Origin: Myxococcales bacterium
GTDB taxonomy: Bacteria; Myxococcota_A; UBA9042
Assembly (NCBI GenBank): GCA_037441385.1
Contig: JBBISH010000049.1
Location: 1-41,403 of the forward strand
Direction of reading: 5' to 3'
DNA: 41,403 nt
Positions 37,105 through 41,403 of this stretch are shown piece by piece. A model generated the notes under the pieces. It was not told the origin of the DNA and did not search any database. It saw only the letters and a list, made by a program, of their open reading frames with translations. The position numbers and the translations under genes are program-made. The first letter of the stretch is position 1. Each line of letters starts with the position of its first letter.

Positions 37105-37494
37105 TTACACGCTGAACGAGGACCCGCAGCCGCAGGCGGCCTTGGCGTTCGGATTCTTGAACACGAAACCCTTGCCGTTCAATCCCCCTTCGAAGTCCAA
37201 AGTGGTGCCGCGCAAGAACACCAGCGACTTGCGGTCGACAAAAATGCGCGGCGCGTCGCCGAACACCGAGTCGCCGAGGCGCGGTTCCTTTTCAAAATCG
37301 AGCACGTACGACAGACCCGAACAGCCGCCGCCGGTCACACCCACGCGGACGCCCACCAACTCGACGCCCTGCTCCGAGGCGACAACCCGCAGGCGGTCGA
37401 TCGCTTCTTTGGTGATCTGCACTTGCGAGGCTAGCGGGGCCGGAGGCGGCGGCATGGGCGCGGCGGGGGCGGTGGCGGGAGTCTGGCTTTCCAT
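37105..37494 (-). CDS. iscA: A-type Fe-S carrier IscA
   Basis: GGCSGLSY, NPNAKAACGCGSSF. Confidence 0.95.
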   Translation of the reverse strand: MESQTPATAPAAPMPPPPAPLASQVQITKEAIDRLRVVASEQGVELVGVRVGVTGGGCSGLSYVLDFEKEPRLGDSVFGDAPRIFVDRKSLVFLRGTTLDFEGGLNGKGFVFKNPNAKAACGCGSSFSV

Positions 37495-37531
37495 GATGAT
37501 ACCTATGGTTGCGGGCCGCAGGGGCGCGAGT

Positions 37532-37924
37532 TTAGGCGTTCAGCTTGTCTTGCTTGGCCTTGTAGTCGGCCAGGGCGGCGCGGATGGCGTCCTCAGCCAG
37601 GACCGAGCAGTGGATCTTGATCGGCGGCAGGTTCAGCTCTTGCACGATGTCGGTGTTGCGGATCTGCGCCGCCTCTTCCAGGGTCTTGCCGCGCACCCAC
37701 TCAGTCGCCAGCGACGACGAGGCGATCGCCGAACCGCAGCCAAAAGTCTTGAACTTGGCCTCTTCGATCACGCCGCCGGCGCCCACGCGGATCTGCAGCT
37801 TCATCACGTCGCCGCACTCGGGCGCGCCGACCACGCCGGTGCCGACCGTGGGGTCGTCTTTGGGCAGGGCGCCCACGTTGCGCGGGTTGCTGTAGTGGTC
37901 GATGACCTTGTCAGAATACGCCAT
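37532..37924 (-). CDS. iscU: Fe-S scaffold IscU
   Basis: YSDKVIDHYSNPRNVG, APECGDVMKLQI, FGCGSAIASSS, LPPIKIHCSVLAEDA. Confidence 0.97.
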   Translation of the reverse strand: MAYSDKVIDHYSNPRNVGALPKDDPTVGTGVVGAPECGDVMKLQIRVGAGGVIEEAKFKTFGCGSAIASSSLATEWVRGKTLEEAAQIRNTDIVQELNLPPIKIHCSVLAEDAIRAALADYKAKQDKLNA

Positions 37925-37957
37925 AGCAAGTGCCTCGTTACCAAGTAGTTCTGTCGG

Positions 37958-39181
37958 TTAGTGTCCGGTCCACTGCACGGTGCGCAGGTCGATGCCCTCT
38001 TGCACCATCTCCCACAGCGGGCTCATGTCGCGCAGGCGGTTCACCACCTCGACCACCCGGCCGATGGTGTAGTCGATCTCTTCTTCGGTGTTGAACCGGC
38101 CGATGCCAAAGCGAATCGAGGTGTGCGCCAACTCGTCGCCCACGCCCAAGGCCTTCAGCACGTAGCTGGGCTCCAGCGACGCCGACGTGCAGGCCGAGCC
38201 CGACGACACCGCGATGTCGCTGATCCCCATCAACAAGCTCTCGCCCTCTACGTAGGCGAACGAGACGTTCAGGCTGCCCGGCGCGCGGTGCTCCCAGCTG
38301 CCGTTGAGGTGGATGTGCTCCAGCTTGTCTTGCAGACCCTTGAAAAGGCGGGTCCGCAGCGCCAGCAGTCGCGCGCTCTCGTCGGCCATTTCGCGCTGGG
38401 CGATCTCGGCGGCCTCGCCAAACGCCACGATCAGCGGCACCGCCAGCGTCCCCGACCGCAGACCGCGCTCGTGGCCACCGCCGTGCAACAGCGGTTCCAG
38501 GCGCACCCGCGGGGCCTTGCGCCGCACCCACAGCGCGCCAATCCCCTTGGGGCCGTACATCTTGTGGGCGGTGAAGGCCAGGATGTCGATGCCCAGCTCT
38601 TCCACATTCAGCGGGATCTTGCCCACCGCCTGGGCGCCGTCGCAGAAGAACAACACCCCGCGTTCCTTGCAGATTTTGCCGATCTCGGCCAGCGGCTGCA
38701 CCACACCGATCTCGTTGTTGACCGCCATCACCGACACCAGGATGGTCTGGTCGGTAATCGCCGCCTTCAGCTCGTCCAGGTCGACGAGGCCGTCGGGGCC
38801 CACGCCCAAGAACGTGGTGCGGAACCCCTCGCGCTCCAGCGCGTGGTGCGCGTCGAGCACCGCCTTGTGCTCGGTCGCCACGGTGATCAAGTGGTCGCCC
38901 TTGTCGCGGTACATGTGCGCCACGCCCTTGACGGCCAGGTTGTCCGACTCGGTGGCGCCCGAGGTAAAAACAATCTCTTTGTCGGTGGTGGCGCCAATCA
39001 GCGACGCCAGCTGCCGGCGAGCCTTGTCGACCGCGTCTTCGGCGATGCGGCCGAACACGTGGGTCTTGGAGGCGGCATTGCCATACTTCTCGGTGAAATA
39101 CGGCAGCATCGCCTGCACCACGCGCGGGTCGCAGCGGGTGGTGGCGTGGTTGTCCAGGTACAGCGGCAGTTGCACGGCCAT
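37958..39181 (-). CDS. iscS: Cysteine desulfurase IscS
   Basis: [45 protein letters not shown]. Confidence 0.97.
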   Translation of the reverse strand: MAVQLPLYLDNHATTRCDPRVVQAMLPYFTEKYGNAASKTHVFGRIAEDAVDKARRQLASLIGATTDKEIVFTSGATESDNLAVKGVAHMYRDKGDHLITVATEHKAVLDAHHALEREGFRTTFLGVGPDGLVDLDELKAAITDQTILVSVMAVNNEIGVVQPLAEIGKICKERGVLFFCDGAQAVGKIPLNVEELGIDILAFTAHKMYGPKGIGALWVRRKAPRVRLEPLLHGGGHERGLRSGTLAVPLIVAFGEAAEIAQREMADESARLLALRTRLFKGLQDKLEHIHLNGSWEHRAPGSLNVSFAYVEGESLLMGISDIAVSSGSACTSASLEPSYVLKALGVGDELAHTSIRFGIGRFNTEEEIDYTIGRVVEVVNRLRDMSPLWEMVQEGIDLRTVQWTGH

Positions 39182-39199
39182 GATAACTCCTAGCAGTTC

Positions 39200-39595
39200 C
39201 TACAGATTGGCCAAGGTCATGCGGTCCAGCACGTTCATCATCTCGCGCTGCAGGTTGTCCAGCGGGTTGCGCAGATCGCAGTCCGCGATGCGGTTGCACT
39301 CCAAGATGCCTTCGCGGCAGGGCGCCAGCGCCGGATCGCCGTCCAGGATGCGGACCACCTCGGCCACCGTGATGGTGTCGGCCTCGCGCGCCAGCCGATA
39401 GCCGCCCGCCTTGCCCAGCGTCGCTTGCACCAGCCCAGCTTGCGCCAGCCGCGCCAGCACCTTGGGCGTCAGGTCGACCGGCAGGCCAAAACGACTCGCC
39501 AGCTCGCGGGCCGACAAGGCGTCGCCGGGCTCCAGCGCCCGCAAGGCCTTGAGAGCCACGAGCGCGTAGTCGGATTTTCGCGAGAGGCGGAGCAT
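39200..39595 (-). CDS. iscR: Rrf2-family regulator IscR
   Basis: ATG 39595 gives MLRLSRKSDYAL; GKAGGYRLA; three Cys (CREGILECNRIADC); first gene of the isc operon. Confidence 0.85.
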   Translation of the reverse strand: MLRLSRKSDYALVALKALRALEPGDALSARELASRFGLPVDLTPKVLARLAQAGLVQATLGKAGGYRLAREADTITVAEVVRILDGDPALAPCREGILECNRIADCDLRNPLDNLQREMMNVLDRMTLANL

Positions 39596-39613
39596 CGGGA
39601 CCGTCGGCCGCAG

Positions 39614-39638
39614 AAAGGCGACCAATCTGGTCCGATAT
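39614..39638 (-). promoter_or_regulatory. Putative IscR type-1 operator
   Basis: ATATCGGACCAGATTGGTCGCCTTT: 25 bp with a GACCA-N3-TGGTC dyad. Resembles the ATA-N3-GACYR-N3-YRGTC-N3-TAT type-1 consensus and overlaps the -10. Confidence 0.65.
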
Positions 39639-39663
39639 TAGGGGTCCCGGTCAGCGCTGTCAA
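39635..39663 (-). promoter_or_regulatory. Sigma70-type promoter of the isc operon
   Basis: TTGACA-N17-TAATAT about 40 bp upstream of the iscR ATG. Confidence 0.75.
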
Positions 39664-39694
39664 CGAACATCTGTTAACTGCGCGACCGCAAAGG

Positions 39695-39814
39695 CCTTAC
39701 GGGAAACCCATGCCGCTGCCGCAGGTGCCGCCCGGCTTGCCCGAGATGCAGTTCATCATGGTGTTGCAGCTGTTGCCGCCAAGGCACATCGGGTCGGCCG
39801 GGGCCGAGCCGCCG
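39695..39814. repeat. Exact direct repeat A (at least 120 bp) of 41284-41403
   Basis: Base-for-base identical over the 120 bp visible; the second copy is cut by the window edge. Confidence 0.97.
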
Positions 39815-39885
39815 CCGCCAATCAGGCCGCCCAGGCAGTCCATGGGGTTGCCGCTGCCGCCACCGCCGCTGGAACCCCTGGCCAC
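39697..39885 (-). pseudogene. Orphan duplicate 3' end of the gene entering at the right edge (Gly/Cys/Met-rich C-terminus)
   Basis: Encodes ...GGGSAPADPMCLGGNSCNTMMNCISGKPGGTCGSGMGFP*. An in-frame TAG lies two codons upstream of the GTG and there is no SD. Confidence 0.6.
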
Positions 39886-40110
39886 TTTCTACTGTAGACG
39901 GCCCCCAGGACCCGCCATCCTCCGATGAAAGCCGCACCCACCGCCAGCTTCACCACGCCGTCAGAATGGCCAGCGAACATCAGGACGCCCAATCCATGCG
40001 CCCGTAGTTGCAGCCCCCGCGTCAGCGAAGCGAGCCCGCATGGGTGGCGGCGCGGCAAAGCGTCGCCACCGCCGGGAGCAGGAAGCCCCGACTCCGCCAG
40101 CCCCAACTTC

Positions 40111-40228
40111 GACCGGTGGCCGCGGCGCGACGGCCCGGCGTAGACACCTCGGCACCCTGCCCGACCGCCGTTCGCCGGGCCGGGACGCCCAAAGTCCTGT
40201 GAAAACGACCAGTAGAAATTGCCCCCCA
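40111..40228. repeat. 118-bp repeat R, copy 2, ending in the 18-bp site AGTAGAAATTGCCCCCCA
   Basis: Ungapped alignment to 40973-41090 with 29 mismatches by hand count. Confidence 0.88.
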
Positions 40229-40368
40229 ACGCGACGGCAGAGCGCGACCGTGGACTTCGCGGGCGTGGCGGACGCCTCGGGCTGTCGGTACTTCCAGTTC
40301 TAGGCCGGCAGCCTTGGTCGCCCCGAAGCTGAGCCGGCAAGATGGGGGGCATTTTCTACCCCTTGAAA

Positions 40369-40944
40369 TCAGTGCGGATAGCTGGCTACCAGAAACCAGT
40401 TGCCGCGTTTCGAACACGCTGCAACTTTGGCGTCGAACCACGCGCGGGTCACAAGCCAGGTGCTGGTGCCCACCTCGGCGTCAGCCGCAACTACGCCGTC
40501 GCCAGGGCGCCAGGTGCGGCGACCAGCTCCCAGGTGTCGAATTTCGGGGTCCTTGCTGTCGAAGAAGCGGTCGAGCGACTGCAGCGTATTCTCCTGGGGC
40601 CACCAGGCGAATAGGTCTTCTTGCGCTAGGTCGAAGACATCGAACTCAGCAACCACGCACACTCGATGTCGTTGCTTTCGAAACAGATGCCGAGAAAACA
40701 TCTCGGCTTCGAGCGCATGCAGGTCCGCCGAGACGTCGGGGCAGTTCAAGAGGTTGGGTTGCCTGTGCCAGTAGTGCGCGCCAGCGAATCCAGGGATGAG
40801 CCCTTCGAGACGGCAGATGGCGCCGCATTCGGCATCCCAGAGCCAGACCAAGTCGGCAACACGGCATCCGCTAGAGAACACTGCAAGAGCGGCGAGCATT
40901 GCCGCCGCGCTCCAAACCCGCCTGCTCGACGACCGCGCCTGCAT
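40369..40944 (-). CDS. Hypothetical lipoprotein
   Basis: MQARSSSRRVWSAAAMLAALAVFSSGC signal peptide/lipobox; more A/T at third codon positions than neighbouring genes. Confidence 0.7.
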   Translation of the reverse strand: MQARSSSRRVWSAAAMLAALAVFSSGCRVADLVWLWDAECGAICRLEGLIPGFAGAHYWHRQPNLLNCPDVSADLHALEAEMFSRHLFRKQRHRVCVVAEFDVFDLAQEDLFAWWPQENTLQSLDRFFDSKDPEIRHLGAGRRTWRPGDGVVAADAEVGTSTWLVTRAWFDAKVAACSKRGNWFLVASYPH

Positions 40945-40972
40945 GGTCAACTCTCGCCGCGGAAACCTTTGT

Positions 40973-41090
40973 CACCGGCGGCCGCAGCGCGACGGACCGG
41001 CGCAGATCGCCTGGCGCCCTGCCCGTTCCTGACTGGCCGGGCTGGGACGCCCAAAGTCCTTTGGTTTCGCACGGTAGAAAATGCCCCCCA
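40973..41090. repeat. 118-bp repeat R, copy 1
   Basis: Aligns with 40111-40228; shared core CCGGGCYGGGACGCCCAAAGTCCT. Confidence 0.88.
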
Positions 41091-41101
41091 CCCTTCTTTC
41101 T

Positions 41102-41145
41102 GGGATCCCGGTCGGCGATATCAACGGACATCTGTCAACTGCGCG
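41102..41145. repeat. Diverged copy of the iscR upstream/promoter region (39641-39684)
   Basis: 38/44 ungapped identities; the -35 is changed to TTGATA, and the -10 and operator are absent. Confidence 0.85.
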
Positions 41146-41285
41146 CAACCAGGGAGCTTAGAATCCAGGCAATGGCAAGTCGATCATGATAGCGGAGCGG
41201 TGCGACGCCCAGCAGGGGCGCGCACGTGCGACCCGCCCAGCACCAGGCAAGGGCCCGCCACAATCGACTAGGTTTTGCACAGCCC

Positions 41286-41403
41286 TTACGGGAAACCCAT
41301 GCCGCTGCCGCAGGTGCCGCCCGGCTTGCCCGAGATGCAGTTCATCATGGTGTTGCAGCTGTTGCCGCCAAGGCACATCGGGTCGGCCGGGGCCGAGCCG
41401 CCG
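41286..41403 (-). CDS. 3' end of an unknown Gly/Cys-rich protein entering from beyond the window (direct repeat B)
   Basis: Open frame to TAA at 41288-41286 with GC-rich third codon positions; identical to the peptide at 39697-39814. Confidence 0.6.
   Translation of the reverse strand, partial: GGSAPADPMCLGGNSCNTMMNCISGKPGGTCGSGMGFP

Larger units (their letters stand above)
40343..41090. mobile_element. Putative non-autonomous cassette bounded by perfect 18-bp inverted repeats
   Basis: TGGGGGGCATTTTCTACC at 40343-40360 and its exact reverse complement at 41073-41090; no transposase and no clear target-site duplication. Confidence 0.45.

Noticed and set aside
39697..39885. 62-aa Cys/Gly/Ser-rich ORF as a RiPP precursor for the nearby radical SAM
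   Set aside because: It is better explained as a duplicated gene tail: no SD, and the radical SAM is PflX-like without a SPASM or RRE domain.
39884..39899. TTTCTACTGTAGA and AATTTCTACT resemble a Cas12a direct repeat
   Set aside because: No regularly spaced array, copies alternate in orientation and lie hundreds of bp apart, and there are no cas genes.
39876..41190. Shufflon with alternative C-termini
   Set aside because: The two plausible gene tails are in different frames relative to the 18-bp site, one has an in-frame stop within the site, and no recombinase is visible.
41270..41288. GGGCTGTGCAAAA as an IS terminal repeat
   Set aside because: No partner inverted repeat, and the first 12 bp align with the sequence after repeat A (TAAGGCCTTTGC), so it belongs to the duplication.
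39695..41403. DGR template/variable repeat pair
   Set aside because: The two copies are identical with no adenine-specific differences, and no reverse transcriptase is in the window.

Overview
GC-rich chromosomal window. The gene content (CTDC-type Cys-rich lipoproteins, an AgmX/PglI-like tail, an FHA/zinc-ribbon protein, esg-like E1 genes) suggests a Myxococcota-like bacterium. It holds about 33 protein genes: nadB, cutA, PBP1A, mrp, Fe-SOD, HPF-like, rhodanese, DegP, an iscRSUA-hscBA operon extended by a radical SAM gene, E1alpha/E1beta and degP, a PhnD-like protein paired with a diguanylate cyclase, a decaheme OmcA/MtrC-family lipoprotein with a collagen-like stalk and a PPIase partner, and a thioester-less alpha-2-macroglobulin-like protein. 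Two non-coding systems are not explained by the genes. (1) A 127-bp, gap-free, multi-hairpin element occurs three times (834-960, 17202-17328, inverted at 26563-26689), always in an intergenic gap between co-directional genes. (2) A ~1.6-kb integrase-less insert upstream of iscR is bounded by an exact duplication (at least 120 bp) of a gene 3' end. It also contains a diverged copy of the isc promoter, a 118-bp repeat and four copies of an 18-bp site, two of which form a perfect inverted pair around an orphan lipoprotein gene. All alignments and mismatch counts were done by eye; no database searches were run.
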